This document shows positions 26,301 through 38,800 of a stretch of 64,000 nt of DNA, one piece after another; position 1 is the first letter of the stretch, and every line of letters begins with the position of its first letter. Origin of the DNA: Gnetum montanum (Eukaryota > Plantae > Gnetophyta). Where the stretch lies: contig MNCI01001713.1 of the NCBI GenBank assembly GCA_015680685.1, positions 25,868 through 89,867 on the forward strand. The letters run 5' to 3'. The translations under genes and the position numbers were made by a program. The notes beneath the pieces were generated by a model that had not been told where the DNA came from, did no database searches, and saw only the letters and a program-made list of their open reading frames with translations.

Positions 26301-27636
26301 AATATTATAAATCAATATTCCTTTATGGCTTAAATTTTAATTTATTTTTTATGTCCCTTAAACACTCCTTTGATTACAGTTTATAAAAACAATTTGACGA
26401 AGCTTTTCTTTTCAAGGCACTGAGGTACTCGTGTTTGTGACCTGAATAAACAATCCTTCTCCATCATTATTCACCGGTCCATAATCTATCTACCAAGTAG
26501 AGAACTGCAATAGTTTAAATAATAAAATAAACTACCTATCATTTAATTTCTGCTTATTATTTGTGCATTAAGATATAACACATACAACCAAAATGCTATA
26601 AAGCCCATTGGAAAATCCAGTACGTATCGGATTTACATCGATTCAGTGTATGCCCATATGCCCGATCGGTTAAGCTCACTGTCACCTAAACATTAATGTC
26701 CGTATATTTACAAAAACAACACATAATTCACAATCTCGATGCAGTAAGCTTCCTTCAAAGCAATGTCTCCTAAAGCATAGGAATCCATACCTAAAACCAC
26801 AGCCAAAGTAACAAATTCGCGAGAAACTAAACAAAACAAATTACGAAGAATAAAGTTCGAAGAAGCTCTTCACGTCACAATTCTTCACAAATCAACGAAC
26901 GAATACATCGATAGACAAAAGAGGAGTAAAATCGAAGCGTTGGCAAACAACACCAAGTTACTAAGCACCTCAATTTCATGATCGCAATACAAAACCGAAA
27001 TTTATGGATAATTAACAAACTAAACAACCGAAAAGCCTCGGCAAAATTTTCCTATTACCTGCCAAGCCGTATGGCTGCGAGCACGAGCAAGCAGAAAAGC
27101 CCTAGACCGGTGCGCAAAAACTCGGTGTCGGATTTATCGTCCTTAATCCATACGGAAATACAGTATCCCATATGAAATGCCGCCAAAGCAAGAGTAAGCA
27201 GCGGAAGAAAAAACAGACGATCGTCACTATCATCGTCTCCACCGCCTCCACCTCCTCCATCATCATCATCTTTATCATTTCCACCGCCGTTCGGCCCTCC
27301 CGTGCTTTGTTTTTCACTATCATCATCTCTGCAATTCTTTTCAAGCATGCTTGCAGCCCAGGGCCCGAACCCGATGCCTTTATTACTCAGCGTCCTGTAA
27401 TTCACGTTTTGCCATCGCTTCTCCACCAACGGATAATCATCGTCCCTGAAATAGAGAATGCATTGCTGCGCCAGCAGCGTCTTTGAGCTCGGATTTTCAG
27501 CATTGCAATTGAAGAGCTGCCCGATCTCCTCGCACGAATTTCTGCAGAAGAAGGATCGAAGCGATAGGCTCGGATTCACGAGATTCGAGTGCAGAGGAGT
27601 TTGCCACCAGGACAAGCTCGCGGTGCATTGCGCCAT
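13385..27636 (-). CDS. Divergent FATTY ACID EXPORT (FAX/Tmemb_14)-like membrane protein with probable chloroplast transit peptide
   Basis: Exons 27636-27059, 13644-13580 and 13491-13385, GT-AG with compatible phases (2, then 1). Protein: Ser/Leu-rich N-terminus, Gly/Asp-rich linker, then four hydrophobic segments ending ...AAIRLGR|HNGIDAYILGLGSSVGVMVWA|GERCIIKQEINPAGIVALCAASIGMMFAAALYHNI*. This matches the Tmemb_14 pattern MGxR...K.FPAG.V of FAX2-type proteins. Confidence 0.75.
14530..20190 (-). mobile_element. Near full-length degenerate L1-clade LINE inside intron 1 of the FAX-like gene
   Basis: Domains in expected order on the minus strand: ORF1 DUF4283-like (SLLGKF...LLFSF...EQVLLGGLWFY...LAPW), zinc knuckle (RFENLPKAC...CKMCRKGHPIVEC), endonuclease (LVDLEIAGCRYTWSNRR...QSRIDRV), RT (IKLDMTKAYDIVSW, RGMWQGDPLSPLLF), zf-RVT (CPLCNIEPETLQH...C). 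Many stops and frameshifts. Gap at 17291-17541. Ends approximate. Confidence 0.92.
21026..23032 (-). mobile_element. ~2-kb solo LTR
   Basis: Inverted termini TGTTGCAT (21026) and ATACAACA (23032). Flanks CCCAT / TCCAT (TSD, 4 of 5 match). Internal ~271-bp unit in 3 copies (starts ~21270, 21541, 21813). A ~200-bp duplication (22563-22940) carries the minus-strand CTATAAAT box twice. Confidence 0.7.
23289..23948 (+). mobile_element. Copia-type 5' LTR plus Met-i PBS fragment (contig probably mis-oriented)
   Basis: LTR-like region with CCTATTTAAG followed by TTGTAA. PBS TGGTATCAAAGC at 23738-23749. Segment bounded by single Ns at 23133 and 23949. Confidence 0.5.
24061..24183 (+). pseudogene. Full-length degenerate 5S rRNA copy (head of a chimeric element)
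   Basis: GAATGTAACACTGATACTAGCACCAATACTTTAGATCCCATTAGATCTTTGTAACTAAGCATGTTTGCGCTAAGGTAGTATCGGGATGGGTGACCTTTTGAGAAGTCCTAGTATTGCATCCAC is collinear end to end with plant 5S rRNA, including box A and box C. Differences are mostly C>T/G>A. Followed by TTTT. Confidence 0.88.
24188..24251 (+). mobile_element. Au-like SINE body without tRNA head, directly fused to the 5S copy
   Basis: GGGGCAGCCACTCGAAGAGGTTAGGCTTTTGTTCATATACCGACCCTCCTAGGACCCTAC aligns with 9382-9442 (GGGTGCAGCCACGTGAAGAAGGTTAGGCTTTCACTTATCCATCACCCTCCCAGGACCTTGC). Confidence 0.8.
24296..26239 (-). mobile_element. Complete non-autonomous copia-type LTR element (~1.9 kb)
   Basis: Diverged LTRs at 26239-25950 and 24604-24296. PBS TGGTATCAAAGC at 25948-25937. 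PPT GAGGAGGTGAT just before TGTTGGAATA at 24604. Perfect 5-bp TSD CTTAC (24291-24295 and 26240-26244). No intact ORF. Confidence 0.88.
24760..25200. repeat. Degenerate ~36-bp minisatellite inside the copia derivative
   Basis: Unit like CAATGAACCTGCAAGAACAACCTATCTTGCAAACACAA repeated roughly a dozen times. Confidence 0.8.
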
Positions 27637-30480
27637 GGTTTGCTTCTCCCTGCAAATTTCATGTGCGCATTGCAAATTGAGATCGATTTGTGAAAATCGA
27701 GGGTCTCTGATTTCGGAAGAAACTGCAACGCCTCGCCGAATTCGAATACCGGATCGCGCTTCTGAAACGTTGCGGAACTTTGGCGACCTTCAATACGTGC
27801 CAGGGCGGATGCTGAGAACGAGTATACGGTGCTTCTTCAACTCTGAGCTGAACTCAGAAAAAGATCCAAAGAATGATTCATTCAGCCACTGCCAAAATTT
27901 AAAGAAATGAAACGGCTGCTTCATTTTTCTGTTTTTTTTTGTGGGTTATGTTGCGTGTCACTGTTAAATATCTTCTTGGGACGAGGCTACACTACGCAAC
28001 AAAAAGATTTCTCAACTCAGGCTCTGCATGCACATGGTATCGCTTAATCATTTATCTGCTTTTCTGGGTTACCTGGCTTCTTTTTATTTGTTGGATTATT
28101 TGGAGAAACAATGTGAGGATAATGTGAAGACACCGGAGATTACGGCATAAAAAGAATTCAGGTACTTTATTTTTGGTGAGACAAAGCTCATTCAGGCACT
28201 CAACTTTGCTTTGGTAAGCCAAAGGTAAGAGACTGATGATGATAATCTGGCAGGTTTCAATTAAGAAGCTTTTACTGAAATATTTACATATACTAAACTT
28301 CATGCTAGCAACGTACAATTGTTATCGGTTGCAATTCCTTGAAAATGTTTAAATTTATTGTTGATAAGAAAGTGTTTATATTCTACTATGCTTTTAATAG
28401 GTTGGTAATCTAGCATCAAGAAAATAGATTGGTAACCTAGCATCAAGAAAATTTGAATTAAAGTGTCAATATCCTACCATACCTGAGTGTTTAATATGCT
28501 AGCACCTTACAATTATTATAAGTTTCAATTATTTAAAAAAATTTTGAATTAGTTGTGCCTAAGTGAAAGTGTTAATATCCTACATCTATCCACTGTGTGA
28601 ATAAGGATATTTGTTAATGTTGTATCTACCTTGCTAGATAGGTAGGGTAGTGTTTTCTTACAAAAATCTGATGCTAGATTTGATTTATATTGATAATACA
28701 TATAATCTTTATATCTTTGAAAAAAATAAAAGGAATACGGAAGTTAAATTAAAAATACAATGAATTGGGATTAAAAATGATTTAAAGATATTGTAGATTT
28801 AACATGGGTATTTTGTCAATATGGTCTAACCAAGCAAGATGATGCTCGCTAATGTATACCCTAAGAATTAGAATGCAAAATAATTGAAACACAGGTATAC
28901 CCTAAGATTTATAAAAATTTATAGCTCAATGCCACCTAATAAAATTAATGAAAACAATTATACTCTTAAATATTTTACATTTCTTTTCCTAATATAAATT
29001 TTCTTTTCAAATTTCAAAAGACACCACATTTCACTTTTGTGCCGAGGGATAATGTGCTCGTGTTTATTATCTACAACGAAAGCCAGATCATTTATAACTA
29101 ACCACTTAGATGGTAGGGCACTTTCTTATAAGCTTAGTTTTCTAAAACAGCAAATTCTTCTTAACCTTAAAATGCATGAACAATTTGTGGCTACATATTG
29201 AAAACTAAATTGAAATTTTATTATAACTTCGGACAGCAGAAATGTCAATGCTATCAATTTGGATAAAAACCATTAACAAAAAGGATTCCTAATAAGCCAC
29301 CATTTTATTATATAACAGTTTCTTGCAGGAACCGATTAAAGAATGGAATCTGTTTCTTTTACATGACCATTAGAAAATCAACGGAAAAAAATCTCTCATA
29401 GTACTAATTCTGATATGACGGTAATCTTCAGTCCTTGCTCGAGGATAAGCTCTTCTGATGATAAAGTAACATACTATCTACCACAGCTACATAACAAAAT
29501 GTCATATTACCCTAAAATAGCAGATTAACAGCATTTGAGTATGCCTCTTAATGATGCCACTCTTAAAGATTCAATGTTCTAATAGCATAAATTAAAAAAT
29601 TAATTCTTCACAAGCATTGAAACCATAGCAGACTGAAAGAAACAATTAAGTTCCATTTTAACAATCAAAAGAACTGCCAGCAAGTACATACAATACTTCG
29701 ATACTGAATTAGACTCGAAGGAACCAAGACCGGATATTTTTCATAAAAAATAGATAATCAATGCTTCGGTTAAGGTAATGTTAACGAATGAATCAATGAA
29801 ATTTAATACAAATAATTGGAAAGACCAACATGATAATGTTACAAGAAGACGCTCCCAATTGCAAGCCTTCAAAATCTGTGAAGAAACTCCTATCATAGCT
29901 AGTAACCATGACCCTCAATATTAAAAGACAAATTAAAAATATTTCGGGTTAGAAAATGCAGCTGAACATCCACTTAGAATCTGCAATATTCATTTTGCAT
30001 CCGCATTCTTGAACAACGTTTCCCAATCTGGATCCAGCCGTCTTGAAATCTTGTTGACGTTGCGCTTTCCTTGAAAATAGGAAGACACAATTCTGGTTCC
30101 TACAGGCAAGAGATTCCCCACACAATCATAATTAAACATATGCGGCATAATTGGTAGTACATTCGGTGACAGTGTGCCCTGCTACTACAGTTAGGTAGTG
30201 CCACAACCGGCATTCGTGTTCAATTTCAGACGAATTCAAAGAAACAGCCAGAAGAATCAATCCAAAGAATGAAAATATTACAAGAAAAAATATAGTGCAT
30301 TAGTTACCTTGGCCCAGAAGCATTTCAATCCTTGGACCAGAAGAAGCCACCACCATGGTATTTAGATTTTATCAAACATAGCTGCTCAATATTATACGTG
30401 TTATCTTTTCCTGGCAAGACTATCAAAAAGAGGCTGATATTCGAAGATCACAACTACTTGCCTTAAAACCAATGCCCTAA

Positions 30481-33400
30481 TCAATCTCTGAACTTTATAA
30501 GAGGCAACTGTGGAGGCTCAAAAGTAACGCAATTTGCCCACAAGTTCGCCAGGATTAAGATATACCAGTTGCCCATCCAGTCAGCAAATTTCATGCCTAC
30601 TTCAATCATGCAAATATATTATTAGTTCAAGTCTCCGGTCCTCACAAACATGCTTACACTTAATAATAAATCACACACATCCAAACGCAAAAGTACAACG
30701 TTTACCATTAGAAATTGATGCAGGTAATAATGATATTCTGCAGAGTGGTTTGTCCTCTTGAGTATCTTGTAATAGTAAACTAAAAAGATGCATAATATCG
30801 CCTGAATATATTTCCTTGGCTACAAATGCATGTCTTAGATGTTCAGTTGACGAAACAGAAGTACCAACATCAATAGTTGAAGAGCTATTGCAAAGAGCAT
30901 CTTTCAAACCAGAGTCCACCCACACAGTAGCACATTTTTCGAAATTAAGAGAAATACACTTTGCCAGCTCCGGATTCAAAAGCATCCAGGCTTTGCACAG
31001 TTCTGTTGTTACTCTGAGAACCTCTGAGATGTTAAAAATCTCCATTAACGCAGCATAGTAACATTTTCCTGTGCACATGACAAATAAAGCGTTCGCTGAG
31101 ACACATTGAAAAAGACATTAAGTACGATTCAGGAACACGTGGCATAAAAAGATCCAGCAATAGGTAAAGCATACAGGACCAGTGTATTGGTGGTAAATGT
31201 GAGCTCTTTACAGCCAGAACCATATAGGAAATCCAATATTACAAGGCAGAAACAGAATCAAAATTTCTAACACAACATGAATACTTCACAGACCTTTTGG
31301 ATGGCTTAAAATATGCGACATCTGAACATTTGATTCTATAGCTTGATTCCAAATTTTCAATCCATTTTCCAACTCAGTGGCACAAATGGAAGTCATTGTG
31401 GCCCAGACATTAAGATATGCTGTCTGTTCTTTCGCTGGTGTAGAAATCAAAACTGTCATTAGGAATGAATGTGCATAGAGATCTAAAGCTTTCTTGAGAT
31501 CATTTGCTGCCTGTGGTTACAAAACACTGAGTTAAGGATATTGCATTAAAGAGATTGATAAATTAATGCCTTCAAACTCACAAGCTATAGAGATATCCAA
31601 AAAATTTTGGGAAAGACACAGAACAGGCATAGTCAAACTACTAACATTAAATTCAGAATGCGTGGCCACACTTGTCGACAACAAAGCATCTAGTTTATGA
31701 GATATTCCAATTTATAGCAAGGCACATCAACTGTAAGTCAAGGGAGCACGTGAAGCTCATGTATATCTAGGAAAAACATCAAGTGACCCAGCCCCTATAT
31801 AACCAAGTTCCCCTTTCTGGTCTAATACAAAAAATAAAAAACACAAACAAACATACTGACAAACACATTGCAACCGGAGAGAAAATGAACAGATTGACAA
31901 ATATGTTGGAATTAGCCATGATTTGTAACAGTAACAAAAGGCAAACTTCATCAGATGTATAGCTGACCAACATAATTTTGAACTGGAATGATCAAAACAT
32001 CGAGAAGATAACAAACAAACTAACGATCGTTATTGCAAACTCAAGGAGTGCAATTTTGACCGGAGGTAAACCATGTAAATTAATATTATATTGTCATTTA
32101 AGAAATCTTCAAGAGTACTTAAGAAATATTTCTTGTGTATCTGTAAAGGTTTTAATCGTCTAAACTTGTGCTCATCATATTTAAATTTAGTTCATTTGTA
32201 GCTACAAAAGAACTAGACTAGAGCATTAAGTTTAAAAAAATAATTTGAAATAAAAATTGTTGTATAAGTTACTTAAAGATCCAAGGACAGTAACATATTA
32301 AACATAAATTGCTTTAAGTTAATTATAAACCCTAGTTACTAGCAAGCAGTGCAGCCAATAATGAACCTTAAACAACTACCAGAAACTAGCTTTTTAAGTA
32401 TTTAGCATTACTGGATTTCAAATATCAAAGATTTGACAATTCCATGGCATTTAATATTTTCAAGATAGAATAACAGTTCACTCACAGAAGATAAGAGGAT
32501 TGACAGCTTGTATGTTTCTTCCAAATCATGCAACTCTGGATTCTGAATATATCCATGAATCTCATCTGCAGTGCTTTCGCTTGACTTTTGTTTCTCCAAA
32601 TCAGTTATCCCTAGCTTTCTCTGAGCTGCCTGACCATATTGAAAGTAACGACAGTACTTAACTTTACATTAAACAAAATGCAAACAATAATAATAAAAAT
32701 GAATTACACGACACAGACCTAAGAATATTTCCCAAATAGAATATTTAATTTCTTATATTACAGACCGAGAAGTCTGTTAAAACATGACTTTTCCTAAGCA
32801 CCCATTTTATTTTTAGATAATAATTTATCAAGCACTCATACGATTGCACCATCATGCCAAAAAAATGGGCTTGTAATTTGAAAAAACAAAAGTTTAACTC
32901 CATAATAATATTAAAACATAAGGGTTTCGTTTGCGGTAACGCTAATCTTAAACAGTCATGACACCAATGCCCCTTGTAATTCCTGAACAACTGAGAGTAA
33001 CAAAATCACATTAGGAGCAGTCTGTGGTCAAAAAAGTAATTATATTTTTCCCTTTTAATACATAGCTTTTATTTACAGGAAGTTCTCTGTCAAAACATGA
33101 AAGTAAATACCATAGTTATTCTGCAATAATGTAAGATGAGTGATGTCTAAGCATTCGTGGTGCCAGCAGTCCAGGTAACAAACCATTCTTCACTCAAATA
33201 CCGTAATTACTCACAATGGTAAGGGTCTATCCACTTGTATGAATGCAATTTATATGGAATAAACCAATAATCAAAATCAAATATTTTGTATTTGCCTTTC
33301 AGAGATTGTGGAAAACCTTTTTAAAAATGTGCACATATGTTACTGATAATCAAAAACACTAAACTTGAATCAGATTTTTATTTTTCAGCTCATGAACATC

Positions 33401-34880
33401 AATTTTTTCAAATGAAAGTATTACAGATCATAAATTTCAAGAAGTGTGGAAGAAATAGAGTGTGCACCTGGATCTCAGCAGTAACTGAATTTACTTCCTC
33501 GACATTACTAGATTGCTTTGCACGGGCCAAGTTTTCCTGCAACAAAACAAGCATCCTTCAATCATTCTTAATAAGTTAAACTATATGTATATAAGGATAC
33601 CATAGATTCTCCAGAAACTGCACCTCAAGTTTTGAAAGATGCATTAGAGAAAGTGAAAACGATTCTTCCTTGAGTTTGATATACAATTCAAGCATCTTGC
33701 TTGAAGCATCCTCTGAAACTCGATCGTTTGACTCGGATAGGGCATCCTTAAATTCCCAGTCTTCATCTTCTTCCTCCTCCTCCCCAAGAAGATCTACATC
33801 TGCGTGATTATGGTTCAACGAAATCTGTCCCCCACCATTGCTGCCAAAATGTTCATCTAATTGCTTATCCAAAGGAGCAGCTTCAGAGCGAGCATCTTTG
33901 AATTCCCAATCAAAAGACTCATCTTCAAACTCCAAAAAGATAGTACTCGACTGCAAATCATTGGTTCCAAGGTTGACAAAGCCAGCTGCATCTGCAGATT
34001 CTGCAGGCATCTTCTCTAGTTCAACTGAAGATAACTTTTCCGAAGCACTAATCGGCTTCTCACCGTCTCCATGAGCCTCTGCACCATTGCTCTGAGCTTG
34101 AGAGTACAGAGACGCAATCAAATCATTCAACTGAATACCAGCACCTGCCTTGTTAGCTTTTCCACCCTGAGATTTCCTTTGATGTTTGGCCTCCTCGAAC
34201 AGATCCGGCTCCCGATTTCTACCATCTCCTGCATCGGCCTCCTCCTCCTCCTCCTCTCCAAACAGAGAAAGAGGCAAAGGTTTTCTTGCATCTGGAAAAG
34301 CCACACCATCGGTGCTGGACTTTTCATGAGAATTCGACTCAGTACTTTGACTACTTTCCTGCACTGACGCATTATCAGTATTCCGATTGCCGGAATTCAG
34401 AACCCCGAACGGATCAAAAACACCATTCTGCGATGCGGGATCAACAAGCCCTCCGTTTAAACCCTGATGAGACTGAATCGCTCCATTACTATTTCCAAAC
34501 ATGCCAAATGCATGAGGATTGTTATCCTGGAAAGAATTGTTATTGTTGTTGCTGTAACTGTTACCGTTTGTGTGGCCCTTTAGGGTTTGAACGAAATCGC
34601 CCCAGTCATCTTCCGAGGCCGAACTTGCGTGACAATCTTTGTTAGCACGACTCGAAGAAGAAGATTGCGATGCGGGAAAGAATTGATCACCGAAGGAGAA
34701 ATCTGCAAATCCGCCATTACCGGTTACCGCTTGAGCAGGAACGGATTCAAAATCCCCAAATTCTTCCTCGGCGTCGTCGTATCCGTTCATGTTGGAGAAC
34801 GAAATCGAATACGAAGACGACGACGACGCGGAAGGCGCTTGAAGCAAGTTAGAGGATTTAAAGCCGGATGCGACATCCAT
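30481..34880 (-). CDS. At1g54920-like protein (synergin-gamma/aftiphilin-like): acidic disordered N-terminus and conserved helical C-terminal domain
   Basis: Exons 34880-33624, 33536-33468, 32629-32486, 31510-31294, 31068-30706 and 30596-30481, all GT-AG and in frame. Motifs EEEFGDF, GGFADF, EDDWGDF, KPLPLSLFGEEE, LNDLIASLYSQA, DWEFKDA twice. C-terminus W....CATEL..G..IW.QA, CRISLL, WMGNWYILILANLWANCVTFEPPQLP. Confidence 0.88.
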
Positions 34881-35899
34881 CAAGGAAGATGGATCGTCCG
34901 TTTGCACATATCCCTCGGAAAACCACTAATCACAATAAGAATCGCTTGCAGATTGCGCTGGTACAAATTAAATTCACCGAAGCTCATCCTCGTCATCAGA
35001 TCTGCGTATTCTTTATCATGTTGCTCGGGCTAGGCTTCGGGCATCAGCAAATTTTAGCCTTGAACTGAGCGATTTCTATGTTTTTGGCTGGCAAAAGCTG
35101 GATCAGACAAAGCCAGTTCAAGAATCCTTCAGGTCTCAGAAAAACAAAGTAATTTAAACTGTCTTCCAGTACCTTGTGTCGCCTCTGAATCAAGGAGCTT
35201 TTATTGTTTGTTTGCTTGTTTTTTGAAAGAAGTTGGGTAGAAATTTCACGGGAAACGGAATACTTACCATGAACGTCTCGCGGCATATTACATTTGCAGG
35301 CAGCAAGAAATGCATTTTTCGTTTCCAAGATTTCCTTTTTAGATAGTCGGACCATTTAATTCGCTACCGGTGACAAGTGGGGCGGTGGTATGTTATTTTC
35401 AAGTGGAAATGTCTGATTCAGACGGTGTATTAATAATTGATTAAAGAAACGAAATGTTGCATACCAGGAAAGACTACACACAAATTTATGTCTGTGCATC
35501 ATTGGTAATGCCTGAATCTGGTATGGTCGCTAAGCCATGTAGCACTTCCCAAAAGTAAAATTACAAGGAAATTGATCTTTGCATATTTTTTATCGAAGTT
35601 TCCTCCATCCAACGGGAAACAACTCCTAGGTCCATTATGGATTTGGGTAAGGAGCCTTTGGAGGAAGGAGAAAGTATTCAAGTTGGTAAACTTCATAGAA
35701 TGGTGAGGGATAGGAGGATTTTTTAGGTGTTTATTACTAGGATTTGAATAGTACATTGGGGTGTAAAACATGTGAGCCAATTAGCTAAACTATAGTACTA
35801 TAGAGATAAATATGAGCTTGAATTAGAAAGTAAAATCATTATTAATTTTTTAAAAATAACATAATGTGATGTTAAGTAAAGTACAAAGTCAATTTTCTT

Positions 35900-38800
35900 T
35901 TAAATTGTTTAAAAAAGGTTGTGGTTTTAGTAAGTGCATTTGCTTAAGAGTGTAGCAATAATGGAACAGCCTATATTGTGTCACAAAATTTTTTTTGTTG
36001 AGAAAGTACTCAAATGTGTTGTACTGGATCCAACAATCAATGCAAAGCACATACAAACAAAAGGTCCAATATGCATTGTCAAGGGGGAGAGCCCCTTAGC
36101 AAATAGAGTAAAATATCAAAAAGTGGTGCCATTATGGCACCTAGAACTTATGTGTTAACATATCAAAATTAGTGTTACCATGGTACCCAAAACCGATTGT
36201 GTTAACACATCAAAATTGGTACCACCAAGGCAACCAAGTCCATCGTGCTTGCTAACAAGGGAGGCATTTGACCATCTCTGGGTGGAAAATAGCAATAGTA
36301 AAAATTATAGTTTGTGGGTAACGTCAACATGGATGGATGAATAAATGATTTGAGAGAAGGCCACTAAATTAACATAAGCACCATCCTAGAGGTCAACCAA
36401 TTGCCAATCCCAATGCTTGGCAAGTAGTTCCTTGGTAGGGTGGGCATGGAAGCATGGGAAGAGGGAGAAGGATTAGGGCTAGGAGGTTGTGTATGTGGTA
36501 GTAGGGTCATTCTTTTATTTTGAAATCCATTCTTGGGCATGTGGGCTTGTTCCAATATTTTTTTGGTGACTTAAACTCATTGGTTGACCATGTGAAGCCT
36601 CTTATGAAATCATGTAACCTAATCTTAGAAATTAGATTATTTAATTGTTATTCTTAGAATTTCCCAAACCCTTTTCAAGTCAAAGACCTAAGTTCAAGCT
36701 TGGACACAACCACTCAAGAGGTTACACATTCGCTTATCTACCAACCCTCTTAGGACCCACTTGGTCGAGCATTGTGACTCTAGGTGATGATCCTTTTTGG
36801 AATTGCCTAGATTGTACCTCTTATGCCTATAAATACTTGGCAAGGTTGGCTCTCTTAACATCAATTATGAATTGATCTCTACCATTCTCTTGCTCGTGGC
36901 TATGTGTGGTGGATCTTTTGGGAATTTTTAGATATGAACCTACTCTTACTTGGCAAAGCTTTGCTCTCAATTGATTATTCAATGTAGAGAAAATGTTCTT
37001 TCTTTCATCACTTTTCCTAAAGCTCAATGCTCTTCGAAGCTACTTTCTTAGGTATTCTTCTTTTACCATTATAACCTTGATTTAGTATTCTAATTACAGC
37101 AATTCACTATTGTTATCATGGTTACCACCATCATTACCTATTGTTACGATCATTACCATTATTGTTATCACAATTACTATCATTGATACCTAATGTTACT
37201 ACTCTTACCATCACCATTACTTTTTGTTTCCATGGTTACAATCACGGTTACCTATTGTTACCATTGTTACTGCTACTATTAACTATTGTTACCACCATTA
37301 TTACCTATTGCTACCTATTTTCACTTGCACATATGATACTTTGAGCTCATCATCTTTTGAAGATTTGACATGCAATTACTTTAGATTATAGTAGTTGGTA
37401 GACATTCCAGGCATGTATGGGTGTAATCAACATGTTGGAATACTAAGAGGTAATGTTTAGGCTATTGGTATTGGCTACTCTAGTAATGGGCAAGCATTAT
37501 AGTGGAACATGGTCATGTTGCTAGTGATTATCATTATAGTCAATATTAGTAGTGTTTCATTAACAAACATGATTTAAATAAGGCAACTAATACAAAAAAG
37601 GGCTAGTTGGTCAATAGGAAAACATTGTAAAGGGATTTGACCACATTGCTTAGGAGTGCAAGTTTATCCAATATCAAATCTAATTTAGTGTGGTAGCGAG
37701 GAGCTAGGACCTATAGGGTTGATACTAAACATAAAATAACCTAGCAGTTAGAAATTGAAACATATAAAGGTTTACTAACCCAACAGTTAGACATTTTCAT
37801 ACATGAGGATTAGTCTAGGTAGGTGAGGTATTACACCAAATAGTCATTGATTGCTAGTTTAAGTAAGTATCACTATTACAATTATTCTAAACGCCTAATG
37901 CTAGCAACCTCATAAGAATACCACATGTAAAGCACATTATGGTTAATGGTAAATTAATGCATTAACAAAAATTATTAATGATTTTGGTGAATGGATAAGT
38001 TAATGTTTATGATTTTGATTAATGGTTTAGTTAATCACTATTTATTGTTAGTTGTAACATCATATTTTGTAGCATGGACCTCATCTTCCAACTTATTCCA
38101 AGTGGCATCAAGGTGGTTTTCTCTATTACGAAGGTGTTCTAACCCTTCCTACATGTGTTTCATGCAGATCTTAGTTAGGTTGTTTGGATGGTGTTTCTTG
38201 GTGACATTTTAAATGCTAATATACAATGGAGGCATTGGTGATTTAATAATCTATCACAAATTAAGGATTATTGTTGTATGTATTTCACTTTATGTTTTAG
38301 ACCATTCAATAGACTTGTATTTTAACCATGAATATGGATTTTGAATTAAAATTTTATGTTATGTTGTAACAAGGCCTAAGTAGGCATTAATAAGTTAACA
38401 TGGGGTTTCAAGTAGTTTCTAATTATTAAGTTTCTAAGCTAATTTACATGCTTAGATGGTTTTATATGTGTTAGTTTGCTTAAGGATTTATTAAGTGACT
38501 ATGTTTCATTTATCATGCCTTATGGATGGTTAGGTTTTAATTAATTTTCCAAGTACTAATTTTGGGGTATGAAAGAAGGCCTTGCAATGAAGTAGGGAGC
38601 AAGGATGAGGTGCACTTAGGCCTAGCATGAGTAGCTAGTTTTATGCTTAGGGCATTACAAGGATTGCATCATTTGGTAGGCCTAGAGGATGATGTGGTGT
38701 TGTCATAATAACGATGCTTTTTTAGAGTTGATACCCAAAGTAGTCTATGAATGTGTTTTCGGGCCTAGATACAATCTTCCTTTAGGATATCCATGTCCTA

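Noticed and set aside
33838-35068. Plus-strand ORFs overlapping the synergin-like exon 1 (similar ones at 27172-27910 and 57346-59592)
   Set aside because: Antisense shadows of real coding exons.
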